Assembly (NCBI GenBank): GCA_964035545.1
Contig: OZ037771.1
Location: 14,569,133 to 14,633,132 of the forward strand
Direction of reading: 5' to 3'
From: Bugula neritina
Taxonomy: Eukaryota > Animalia > Bryozoa
DNA: 64,000 nucleotides
Shown here piece after piece: positions 29,683 through 42,497 of the stretch. Position 1 is the stretch's first letter; the number at the start of each line of letters is the position of its first letter. The position numbers were made by a program, and so were the translations under genes. Under the pieces are notes generated by a model. The model searched no databases, was not told the origin of the DNA, and was given only the letters and a program-made list of their open reading frames with translations.

Positions 29683-30790
29683 ATGGAGTACTGGTATATT
29701 GTTTTATCTGTAAGTGTAATGTTCTGCTCAGAAGAAAGAGCTATTTGAAAATATAATATGGCAGTTTTATTACCTTTATGATATGTTATGATATACTCAG
29801 TTTTACTGATTTTAGAAAATTGGCTTGTTTTAAAAGCTTTTGGTATGCTTTATTTGCTGCTGGATTATCAGATTTCTTTATAATTTAAGGACCAATTGGC
29901 AAAATTTCGGGAGTACAAATCGTCAAAATAAATCTTTTAATATTATATTTTGCTATAATTACATGTGCATGCGTATTTTTACACCTGTATATACTATAGG
30001 TACATCAATTTCTGATCATTGTATATAAAGTAATTCCTTGTAATATTTATGCTGACTCTCATTCTGATGATATAATAATCTTTGTTTTCAGATATTATTG
30101 GCAAGCACTGTTTGGTCAAAATCAAGAAGATTTCATAGGTAACTCAATGTGATTTTATGTTAGCATGTTTGTATCACTATAATTATTATGAATGCTTTTT
30201 TAAATATTTACAAGCAAAGATAACTATAAACATCTAAAAAAATGCAATGCATAAAAGTAAACTTGCTGAAACCAGAAAAAGATTTGAGTTTGGTGTTGTT
30301 TTGAATCTCAAAGCCTCTGCTTGCAAGCTGGAGGTATATAGTTTGAATCCCTGTTGGGACGTTGGTTTTACTTTACATACTTTACATACTTAAACACTTA
30401 GCTACAACAGACACAAATCTAAACTATATTTATTTAAACTAATTGAAATAAATATGTTGCATGGGTGCTTCATTTATGTACCTTACAACACAACAGAGCT
30501 ACTTCTACAAACAGACAAGGAAGTGAATCGCATGCAACCTGATCAATATATATAAATGATGGAAGTATAATTTTCAGCACCGGATCTCGTCTTCAAGCAA
30601 GTGATGGTCGGGGATCCACCACTCTAACATCAATATACTATGTGCAGCTGGTTTCACACAGATCAATAAAACTCACATATAATTTTACTTCAGCTGACTC
30701 ATCACTGTCTTAGATTACTGGATAGAGAAAGCAAAAGGTTTCCCGTTATAATTGCCGGAACTCATAGAAAGAGTGGTTTTGCAGTTGTGC
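29683..30790 (+). pseudogene. Truncated NHL-family pseudogene
   Basis: Intact-looking leader exons 29683-29709 (MEYWYIVLS) and 30092-30138 (ILLASTVLVKSRRFH). Then a frameshifted propeller fragment at about 30478-30790 (MQPDQY/INDGSIIFST...AGFTQINKTH/...HHCLRLLDRE...IAGT) with no acceptor AG at the expected place and no downstream exons. Confidence 0.8.
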
Positions 30791-31553
30791 CATTTATAGT
30801 ATAGCACAGAAAACATTGCCTTGGACAACATTTCATGTTAGTTAACAGAAGCAATGTACTTATAATTAATCTAACTTGCTATTTTAAGAAAATGTTGAGC
30901 AATTCACAGAAAAGAAATGATACTCTAAAATACTTATAACAAAGCTTAAGTCTGCAACTTCTAAGTTTGGTCATATAGCAATTCAATATGACATGTACAC
31001 AAAGATTATTCAGCTACTTTTGATTTCGAAGAGTTATATGGGTTTTTCATAACACTCTGCAATCAAAAGTTGCTGAATAGTTTGGAAAAAACGTGGCAAA
31101 TCAAGCAAAGTTAATTTAGGTTATTTAGGTTTGTTCATTTATATTTTACTAGTTTTGGGCAAAAAACCATGTTCATTAGCAGCTAAGTTGAAAAAAAATA
31201 GCTAAAAACTGGAGATTTCCAGAGTGCACTAAATTAAGTAAAATGGCCCAAGTTCTTTCTTGTCTGTAGTATTGCAACACTGCTTTTATTTGAAAGATGC
31301 TAACAATCCCGCTTAATTTTGATGAAAGGGTAGCCAACAGCATTTAGTTGAACAATCTTATTTCCATGTATCATTATCGATATATAACTTGTAATTTTGT
31401 TGATAGTATGTCGTCTATAAATACATATGTATATACTTAAAGTAAATAATATACCTGTAGTTTAGACATACTGATATGATTATATAATATATGAAGTAGA
31501 CCAGATAACATGATAATATAGATGCAGATAACGTAGTAATGTTGGTTCATGAT

Positions 31554-34500
31554 ATGAGAGAAACTCAAATCTGTGTGGCTGTAAGTATAAAACATTCTTT
31601 CATTGCAAGGTTAGCAAATAAATTTTAAAAGTAGCTTATTTTTTATAATAATATTATATTATATTAATATTGTTATTATATTAAATAATGAAAGTTTAAA
31701 TGCCATACATTAAGTTGTTGCAGTTAATGCAGGTTTTTTTCCAATAAAGGAATGCAAGTGTAAAAATCAATAAAATAAAAATTAATAGTATATCTAGATT
31801 AATTTAAGAGATAAGGTGGGAATTAAATAAAGAAAAGCTTAAAGAGCAAAATTGAAATGAAACCTATTTATTTTTAAACACAGCAAAACACTTATGATAA
31901 CTATTCTTAAGCCACAGCTTTTAATTTTCACTTTTAAAGGTTTTATTGGCTGCTGCTGCTTTTGTGACATCTTATAGTCCAGGTGATGAAGCAACCAGGT
32001 AATTATTACCAAATGTTTCTACTAAACATATTTGAATACAAACTGTAACTATATATGCTTTCTGATCAGCTATTTTACATCATGCGTACTTTTAGTGTTA
32101 GCTACACTACTCATGAGGTATTTCTGGAAACTTCCTTCAGAACGTATCACATGAAGCCTGACAGATATGAGAATAACGGAAACATTCTACTTGCTACTAG
32201 CCAAGGTCTACTGACCACTGATGGGAGGACAACTTCAACTCTTTTATCATTTCGAACACACGGTTTCGCACAAATCAACGCAACTCATGTGGCTGTAATT
32301 GATTATTTCAAACATTGCATCAGACTACTAAACAGAGAAACTAATGAGACTCAGCTTGTTGCAGGTACATGTGGATCTTATGGCGGCTATTCAGAAGGAA
32401 AAGTAGGGGTGGGGCAGCTAAGGTACCCTATGGATGTTCAAGAAGATTTAAGAAACCCGGGTAGTTTGTTAATTGCCGATTCTGGGAACAGTGCGTTGAG
32501 GTCTGTAAATTTATCGACAGGGGAGCTGACTACAGTCATCAGAGGAGGACTTATCCAACCTCGGCGGTTGCTATGGGCTGACCAACGGCTGTTCGTAACT
32601 AGTCTGAATTCTTACATCTCTGAGGTTATCTGGTCAGATGATGGAACTGCCAGCAACATTCCTATTGTCAATTCTACTGTATCAGGAGATCGGATTGGGC
32701 GATTTGATGAGGCCAGACTGCTTCGACCCTACAGAATGCTAAGAATAAGAGAGAACTTGTACCTTATTGCTGACTCCGGCAGCATGAAGCTGAAACTGAT
32801 GAACACACACAGACAAGTAATAGGGCCTGTCTGTTTGTTTAAGGAGGATTCTTGTGTAAGCAGCACCCGTCTTCCTGTCCACCCCTTGTCACTGATGAGG
32901 GATGGAGATGATATTTATGTCGGGACTGGCAGAAATATTTACAAGCTAGGAGGTAAGTAAACTTTATGTATCATAAGTTTTAGAATGAACGTTATTTACT
33001 GCATGATTTAAATATTCAAAAAAGCTACTGAGCTTTATATGTATATTTTTGCCGAAGTTGCAGTAGCATCTGTAAAATCTAATAAAGCTACCCTGTTAAA
33101 CATGCGTTCAACTAGCTAGAAGGTCTAAATTGAAATTCTCCTGGTGTATTTAATTTCACCACAAAAATCAATGGTCAATACTCAAGCTGTACATGCTGAT
33201 AGGGCAGTAAGCCAATCACGTCAGGTTAGCAACTGCGGTAATCTATTAAATACTATAAACCACATAATATTACACAGCCCATAAAATAAGCACAGGTTTT
33301 ATCAAATTCGAATATGCAAACTTATGTTACAATATATTTTGTGTTGTTTGTTGCAGGCTGTGATTTAATCAAAGAATGTCTGCAGCCAAACGCCACGGCT
33401 CTTCTGACTCCAGGCCAGAGTACGGTAAGGGTAGATGTCGGGAATTCTCTTATAAACCTGCCAGCAGGTTTCTATGAAATAACAGGCAAATATGAGTACA
33501 AGCACTGCACTTACTACGTTAGCGTCACGAGTAAGTGTGCAAGTAATACTTGTTTCTGTTATCTTGCTGGACACAGTTAATTCAGATTTGTATTTGTCAC
33601 TAGAGCAATATTTTGTTCCATTTAGGTTTAAGTTTGAAAGACTTTAGTCTTTGACATTCATAACAGATATGCCAATCAATTAAAAAAATACTATTAAAAG
33701 ACATATTTTTTGAATTATCATAGCAATTTGATGCTTATGTGAAACATTTGTACATAATACTATACTGCTATAACTTTTGTTCAAGAGCTATAGTATAGCA
33801 TTGGCTGTACAAAATGACTCTAATATTCATACAGAGTCACCAATAGTGAGAAGATTGCTATTTAAGTCTAAATACATTGTGGCATGTGAGACTTTTACCA
33901 CCAGAACCGCTCAGAGGTTACTAGAGTCTGTTCTATCTCATAAACGCAATCAGCTTCAGAATGTCTGTGCTCATGGTGAGTGTATACCAACTCAGACCAC
34001 AACCTCGTCAACTAAACAACCAGTACTCTAATTGTCAATGGTAGAAAATTTTGGTAGATAATTTAATTCTGTATGTGAGATATCAAAGTACTATAAATAA
34101 TAAATTACCTAATCTAATAATTTCAGACAAAGTGATTAAACAATAAAATTATTTTGTTATTCCAATAGTACTGTTTACTGAAAATGATAAACACATTTTA
34201 TAGTAAGCAAATATTATTCTCTGAAATTGTTTGATGTGAGTTTGATAATCATCTCCAATACCTTACTGCATTTATATATTGTTTAAACCAAAGCTATAGT
34301 ATTATTAAGTTTATTAACGCTGTTTCTTGTGCCTCTTGATTCTATAAGTTGTTCCTCTTACAGACTGTTCAATGTCTACCAGTATACAACCATTCTACAA
34401 CTGTACCAATGATCTCCTGACAGTCTACTGGCCAACTGATAAGCTGTATCCTGCCACCATCTTAGAACCTCCTGCCATACTAACAGAGAAGCTACATAAA

Positions 34501-34948
34501 AAGTTTGACCAGTCAAATCTAACGAGATATACTGGAATGATTCTTTTCATTAACCGTTCTTTGTAAGTTTTTTATTTCTAGCTTGGCATATAATACAATG
34601 TTTTGTATTTCTGGGGAGAGACTATTGAAAGTTACAGTTACTTTAGTGGTTACTTCAAATTTATGCATTATGCAGCTAATTTGTGCTTTTTACTTCTGGC
34701 TGCTTTGGCTGTTAGCCAAAACAATTCAAGATATTGAGGAGTGCAAAGCTTTCTAATAACTAGCATTTGATTTTCCTAAAAATATAAACTTATGCCTAAG
34801 TTTATTCTATGCAAAATGGTAATGATTTATTTACAGGTCCTCCACCTCCCAAAACACTTCCAGGAAACATGTTATAGAAGTGGTGTTTGATTCCACCTGT
34901 GTTGTTGAAACTCAAGTATATGACGCTGAAAAAGACACTTGTTCATGA
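31554..34948 (+). CDS. NHL family member N3, about 522 aa; exons 31554-31580, 31940-31998, 32096-32952, 33357-33530, 33835-33975, 34364-34562, 34837-34948
   Basis: Leader MRETQICVA-VLLAAAAFVTS (an in-frame ATG also exists at 31539); complete seven-exon plan; ends STCVVETQVYDAEKDTCS*. Confidence 0.85.
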
Positions 34949-36381
34949 ATTTAGGTCACCCTGACCTATTTATTCATTACTGTAGACAATAATTATAACA
35001 ATTCAACTAAACTAAAATATAATTATACATGAATTATATTATAAACTAGTTTTTGATGGTTCAAAAAGCAAATTTTGATATTTGGTTTATACCAAAAATT
35101 TGAGCAATGTAACCAAATAAATTTCCCATTCAATTATTATGACATCAAGACTAAGATCTTAAATAGAATCCGACTTGTGCAATTTTATATTATGCTTTAG
35201 ACAGATGAAAATATGTATGATTGTAATGTTGCAAAATAATGAATGAGGCTTTATTGAAATATTTCAGTTTTCTGGATATTAAGTAGCAATACATTTTTAA
35301 GTAATAACAGTTTCAACAGTTCTAACTGCATAAATATCTGTTCAAAGGAAAGGTTTTAGAATTTATCTTTTGATTAGCACAAAGCCAAATGCCAATATCC
35401 TTACAATGAAAGAAGCTAATATATTTATTGAAGTTATACAAGTATAACATCCCAATGTTTGTTTAAATGAAACTTAATTAGAGCTCAAGTAATCTTTAGA
35501 GTTAAAAACCTTGCATAAGCTCAACTAAATTTACAGGTGGTTGTAACAAAAACTATTTGACATGAAAGCTTTTTCAGCTATCACTAAATATTCTAGCTCT
35601 GTATGAGTCATGCAGTGCGACACAGAAGCTGAAAAATTAACTTATTAGCTGCAGTTTAATTTCAGTTGTTTTTTAATATATATATAAATATGTTTATGCA
35701 CATACATTTTTAACCTATTGACACAATGATTGTAAATATTCAACTTTTTCACTTTCACTCAACTGTAGGAAAAGTGTTGTGTTTTTATAAAAAAGTGTAA
35801 ATTTAATCGCAGGATCTTTTTTGCAGTTGGCATATATCAAAAAAGAATTTATTTTAATAATGATCACCAATATATTATAATACATGCATAGGAACATATT
35901 TGAAGGTGATGTGACAGTATTTCATGCATTAGATAAAGTATTTATAGTAACAACTTAACAAAGCCTACTAATTCGAATTTGATAAGTATAATAATGTCAG
36001 ACAATAATGTGAACATACTGAGCATATATTATGTGGTTCACAACATGGAATAAACTAGTTAGATTATATAGTTAGCTATAATAATACAGTAGAGCAATAG
36101 AAGTAACAATTATTACAGCTAGTTTAATGTTATAGTATACCAATCAACAAAGACCCATGCCAGCTAATTGCTAGTTATGCTACAGTATGTTCTAGTAAGC
36201 TTCTAACACCAATTGATTCACCCAAACAGACAGAATTACCCAGGTGCTATTATAATTATAAACTGAAACTGTATGTTTATAAATGCTATTAATAGCCTTA
36301 TACATTCACGTCTAAAACATTACTGTGAACGTTATTTGAAACTATAATTTCTATTTCTAAGCCTATTTTAATGAAAAGAAA

Positions 36382-39300
36382 ATGGTGAAAACCTGGTGCT
36401 GTATAGCAGTGGTAAGTGAAATATATTTTACACTATAAATTTTTCAGTCTTGTTTAAAAGTTCTTCGATATTAAAATATATAAATAGCATTTCTTTCCTA
36501 AAATAGCTCTTAAGCTTTGCAGGTATGGTATAAAAATTAAACGCAAATCGCAAAAATCACTGCCGGCAAAAAGTATAGCTACTACATAAGTATTTCTAAT
36601 TATGTTTATTATTCTAGAGCTGACAAAAGATATTTTTCAGACAAACTTTTACTAAATTTTAATGACATCATAATTTACACATTATAGAAGACATTTATAC
36701 AATATTTGCATTTCATACCATCTGTACATGAGAAAACAGAATCACTGTAGAATGATATGTTTAACTGCATACTTATTTTATTTCTACAGATTATGCTGAC
36801 AGGTACAAGTTTGGTGAAGTCACACTCTCAAAATGAGAGTAGCAGCAGGTAATGACGACCAAAATTTTCTGTTTTTTGTATCACAGCTCACTTGGAACAA
36901 TTTTTTGTTTTCATCATTGTCAGTCTAATTCAAATTCTTTTATGGTCAATATCATGTAGTAAATGAGGAAAATTCATGCAAGTTTATAATCACTGTCCCT
37001 TTAAGAAGCCCCTGTTGAAAAGGGTTTTTGTTAAAGCAGGCTAAGGAGTTGTTTAAATGAGGCACAGAAGCAATTATGACTGAATGCTCTTCCTAACATC
37101 ACCAATGGTCTTTCTCCGGGTTTGAACTTATGACCTCGTGTTTACTAGGCAAATGCTTTAACCCCAGACCCCTGTCATGTAGTAAATAAATGTTTATAGG
37201 AATTCTATTAAAATATTTTTGAAAGATGATGTTTGAACACATTGTTTTATAAAGTTTGAAATCTTAAGGTACATGATGGCTTTCAAAATGTATTATATAA
37301 GCAACTAAATATTTCATATTTTATTAATTTAAAGTTAAAAAGTTCAACTATACTTTTTATAGCCTGAGTTTTAAATTATATATAATATTGAAAAAATTAA
37401 ATAGATCACGTTAGTGTTATGATATTGAAATATTTAAACCCAAGTTGTATTTTGCTACTCACTTTGAGTCTATTGTGATCTATATAGTGATTGTAGTGTT
37501 GAGTTTACCCAGTGTCCCCGTGGTATAATGGTTAGCACACTTGCTTGCAAGCTGGAGGTCTCGGTTTGATCCCCAGTGGGGGCAAAATTATTTATCAGTG
37601 ATACTAAAACTAATTTATTTCTTGCTTAAATCAATTGCAACATATAATATATTGCAATTGACTTAGCAAACTGATGAATATCATGCTACGCTTTTAGTGT
37701 CAGCTATGCAAACTCCCAGCTGTTCTTCAACATATCCTCTAGCGTCTATCACATGGAATTAGACAGATACATGAATGAAGGAAGTTTTCTCCTTAGCACT
37801 GCAGACGGTCTCAAAACCACAGATGGGAAGACAACTTCAGCGCTGACTCATAACTTTACAACATGTTTCACGCAGATAAATTTGACCCATGTCGTGATTT
37901 CAGAACCTGAAAATCACTGCTTAAAAATTCTGAATAGAGAGATCCTGTGTGATATACAGGCTTTAGCTGGAACATGTGGCACTTTTGGCTATGTGGAAGG
38001 AAAATTAGGAACTGGACAGTTTTCAAGGCCCTGGGCAGTTGGAGTGGACAGCAGAAATCCCGGCATGTTGCTAGTTACCGATTCAGGGAACAACGCTTTA
38101 AGGTCTGTGGATCTGAAGACAGGAGAACTGAGTACAATCACCAGAGCTGGGTTTGACCACCCACGTGGAATGCTGATCACTGATGACGGTTTGTTTATAG
38201 CAAACTACCACTACATTTCTCATGTGAGCTTGTCTGGTAACGGAACTGTTGGCAATACATTAGTAGCAGGTTCAGGTATGGGTGGTAACGCAGATGGCAG
38301 CTTCGATGAAGCTAGGTTCATGTTTCCTATTTATTTCGTGAAAATAAGAAATGGAAAGTACCTAGTTGTTGATGGGGGAACCCAAAGTTTGAGGCTAATG
38401 GATCTGGAGAAGCAAATTATTGGCCCGGTTTGTTTTCATGGAGAAAATCCTTGCATCACGAGCAGTAGCCTATCTTCGTATCCTTTTTCTCTGCTGAATA
38501 TAAAAGATGAAATCTACGTTGGAACGTTGCAGAGCATTTACAAACTGAGTGGTGAGTATAGTGAACTACTCTGTTGTTTTTTGCATTATATACTGCGTAA
38601 CTATATAATATGTATTCTATTTTTATCAATTATTTGATTACATCATTTTTCAATACCTTAACTAAGAGCTAGGTTTACCATCTAAACTATTGCATAAGTT
38701 TGCTGGTTTTAGAAGAAATGTAATTGACTATATAGAATGTTGAAAAATTTTGAATGTATAGCATTATGCTCATATTAATAACTTAATATTACAGATTAAA
38801 AGCTTTACATATATGATAAGCTAATTGATAAAAACACAGGCCACCATATTTGGATATGACAATAAAATTTAAACTTTCGGCTAAGCAATTTTTCCGTATG
38901 CACTAGCAGTAAGCCGAATGATATGAATTCTATAGAACATTTATATATTACTATTTTAGATGTAAGCGAACCCAAGGATTGTCTGTACACAAACACCACA
39001 GTTCTACTAACACCCGGTCGCACTGTAGCCGAGATAGACTTAGGTCACAATACAGTAACATTACCTGAAGGAGCCTACAGAGTAGAGGGGAGCAATGAGT
39101 ACGCCCATTGTGTCTACCATGTGGCTGTGAAAGGTAAGTGTCAAGAGTAGATATTAAGTCTTCATTTTATATAATGTTGATTGAAAGCTAAATTGAATGT
39201 AGTGGTTACATTATCTAATGCTTCTTGTGGTGTAATGGTAAACGTTGCTGCTTTCAGGCTAGAAGTGTTGGGTTTGAATCCCAGAAAAGGCATTTATTTT

Positions 39301-41034
39301 ATAAGCTATTTCTGCCTTTATAGTGAAGTGTTATAGTAAAACTCCAAATTAGAATTAAAAAACCAGTACAGCCTGAGTACTCTTAGAGTAGTAGAAGGGC
39401 AGTGCAGAATTTTTTGAAAACTGGATGATATGTAGTGTTGAGATTTTACAGTGATCTCTGCAGTGTAATGGCTAGCACGCCTGCATGCTAGCCGAAGGTC
39501 TCAAGTTTGAATTTCAATGAAGGCAAAAGTTGTTTTATATAACTGTAAACTTAGTAAGTATTATAGGCATTGCGCTTACTTTACGAGTGTAAGTTGTAAG
39601 CATGGAGTTGGTATCACCTATCGTATGGCTGTGAAGGGAGATTATTTTGCAGAATCACCGATCATACGTACGACATCTTTCATAGCGGAGTATGATGTTC
39701 CCTGTGATGTTTTCAGTGATCAAACTACTCATGATATTTTTATCTCTATTGTTAACCACAGAAGACATTAATTGCAAGAAATCTGCTCTCAAGGTAAATC
39801 AGTTCATCACTTTCTTTATATGCTTTTTGAACTTTTAGCCTTAGAAAAAACTCAAAGGTCCAACTTTTAATCTTAGTGTCTAATGGATAAACTCAACTGC
39901 ATAGTTATTAATTGCAAAAACGCTTTAGGTTCGTTACTATAAACTTAAAGAATCTTAAGTTTGCTTCTATATAACATTAAGTCCTTGAGTGTCAAAATAT
40001 TCCATTAGCAAATGAGACTATATGGTTGTCTCTGCCTTTTCTATAATTTCAATATGTATATTGCCAAGACTTGAACCTATTATATTCTAGGGCACACTGG
40101 GTGAGTGTGCTATAATCTACTAGACAGTAAAAACTCACACACTCATGAAATTTTATATCTAGCTATCTCTGTGAGGAAATCCCTGATGAAAAGGGTTTTT
40201 GTTAAAGCGAGCTATAAGGACTTATTTAAATGAGGCACAGGAGCAATTATGACTGGATGCTCTTATTCCTAACATCACCAATTGCCTTTGTCCGGGCTCA
40301 AACCCATGACCCCGTGTTTACTAAGCAAAAGCTCTAACCTCTAGACCACGGCTGCTCCTCCTATCTACTATAGACTAAGACTGCTCCATATTCTCAAGTT
40401 TCAAAAGATATTGCATTTACTTAACGCAATGAGTAGAATTTAAAAAACAGTCTTGAAAAACTAGCATGTTTTTATATTGTTCAGATTAGTAAAATACATA
40501 GTCAACGCTAATATATTTTATAGATTGCAAGATGTCTTCAACGCATTATCCGTTTTACGACTGCGCAAACGATCTCCTGACCGTCTACTGGCTAACTGAT
40601 GACCTTCATCCTGCCACCATCTTAGAACCTCCGGCCGTTCTAGGAAAAAAACTGAGAGAAAGACTACTCCAGGCTGAGACTATAAAATACTCTGAAATTT
40701 TCTTTTATGGCCACCAACCCCCGTAAGTCTTGAATAAAATATGCATACACACTGTTTTGCCAAGCAAATTTTTCATTTTTAGACTTAGAAGTTATTTTAT
40801 CTCAAAGCATCATGAAAATTTACTTGGCAATTATTTTTTATTATGTTACTGTTTTTCAAAGTCTCTAAAAAGTTTTGAATCTGTTTGATGAATAATCTCA
40901 TTGTAAGTCTGTTGACTAGATTGATTGCTGCCAATAAGAACTCCAAAGGTGAAGCTGTAAAGGTAGTATTCTTTTCAACTTGTGCTAACTTTCCGGAAAC
41001 TTATAATGTGACTGGAGACTTCTGTTACCTATGA
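36382..41034 (+). pseudogene. NHL family member N4 with a premature TAA in exon 5 (null allele or about 411-aa truncated form); exons 36382-36411, 36790-36848, 37698-38551, 38960-39133, 39653-39793, 40524-40722, 40920-41034
   Basis: All seven exons and splice sites are intact, but exon 5 reads ...NHRRH*(39769-39771)LQEICSQ where paralogs read RKIELQGICGQ and KRNQLQNVCAH. Confidence 0.75.
37005..37172 (-). mobile_element. Second SINE-like family (tRNA-like head plus conserved core); second copy at about 40178-40360
   Basis: Both copies share aagggtttttgttaaagc...aaatgaggcacag.agcaattatgactg.atgctctt...cctaacatcacca...gacc.cgtgtttacta. The reverse-complemented core (tggtgatgttaggaa..gagcat.cagtc) resembles the Meta-type SINE core from memory; not verified. 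Confidence 0.65.
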
Positions 41035-41927
41035 AACGTCCTTTTAGAATTTCAGCCTATGACTCATTTCTTATATCAGAATATGTATGTTTGACAATAA
41101 TAGTTGCTAAATTCTAGTTTAACTGAATCTAGCTTGCGATTTTAATTGTATATTATTAATTATTTTCTCTTTTGTTCGATGCAAAATAGTTTGCAAAATA
41201 AAATCTCAACAATCATCATTTCAAACTTTTACACAATATGTATATTTATTATTTGTATCAGTTCAATTACCTGATGCAATTTAATTTATTATTTGAAGAT
41301 TTTCTCGAAAGAAACATATTAGTGTCAAAGTCTAAGATTATAGCAGAAATAGATATTTTTTCTACCATATTTGGGCACTTGTAGATATTTATGACGTTAT
41401 TTAAATTTTAAAACCGCATGAAAAAAAACTGTTGGCATGAACTTTAGTTTTAGTTTATGACTTGAAACAAACAGAAGTTGTAGTTAGCTATTTTACAGTC
41501 AACGTTAAATGGGGTCTTTATTTTAAAATGCATCAAATTGATCATTTACCTTTTTTAAACATCAGCACTAAAATGTTACATATATGATGAGAACCATATT
41601 ATTTAACTTATAAATAAGTTATTTTTAGTAAATGCTGTGCAGAAGGATTGCATGCCTAGCTATGTGAAGTATTGTCTAGTAGCTAGTAGCAATATACCAA
41701 CTAAGACTCATTTACTATAGCAGTAAATACAACGATTCATTTTGATATACTGTGACTGCAATTTTGTTTACTAATTATAGCTATAGAAGTTTAGAGTTTA
41801 TCTTGAAACTATTTTGAGTTTCATCACAATGTCTTAATGCTTAACAAATTAACGTACCGTTAGGAAGGAGTGTCAAATAACTTTGATAAATGATAGAAGT
41901 TTGCTCTGATAAATAAATTGTGTTTGT

Positions 41928-42044
<117 letters not shown>

Positions 42045-42497
42045 GGGAAAGATGTATTGCTTTGCAGTCAGTTTTAATGACAATCTTTACCATTTCTATA
42101 AATAAATCTGAATTAGTCTTGACGTCAAACATCCCTGTTGATGTCTTGACAAAACTATCATTAGTAGCAGCAAATTACTGATAAACGCTTTATTCAGTAT
42201 AATTTAGCATAAAGTAATGATATATCATTACAGTTTTCTGTAGCTAGTATTCTATTATTTAAACATTGAACTAAAAAGATATAATATCTATTTGTGATAA
42301 CATTTTGAATATAACAGTAATTTGGATAAAATGAGCTAAAATTATGGTCGTGATTAGAGAGATAATATGGTGCTATCAAATATTATTATGAATTAAATTA
42401 TGTGAAGCTATTAACTAAACAGTAGCAAGCGACTTATATATACCAGCAGTCAAGGAAATGTCTTTTCATAAGGAAAAATCTTGGTGAAGAAGCAACA

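Noticed and set aside
37514-37584. Functional tRNA-Ala(TGC) genes here and at about 16845
   Set aside because: Mismatched anticodon stem, 6-nt loop and degenerate T-arm; many diverged copies indicate a repeat family.
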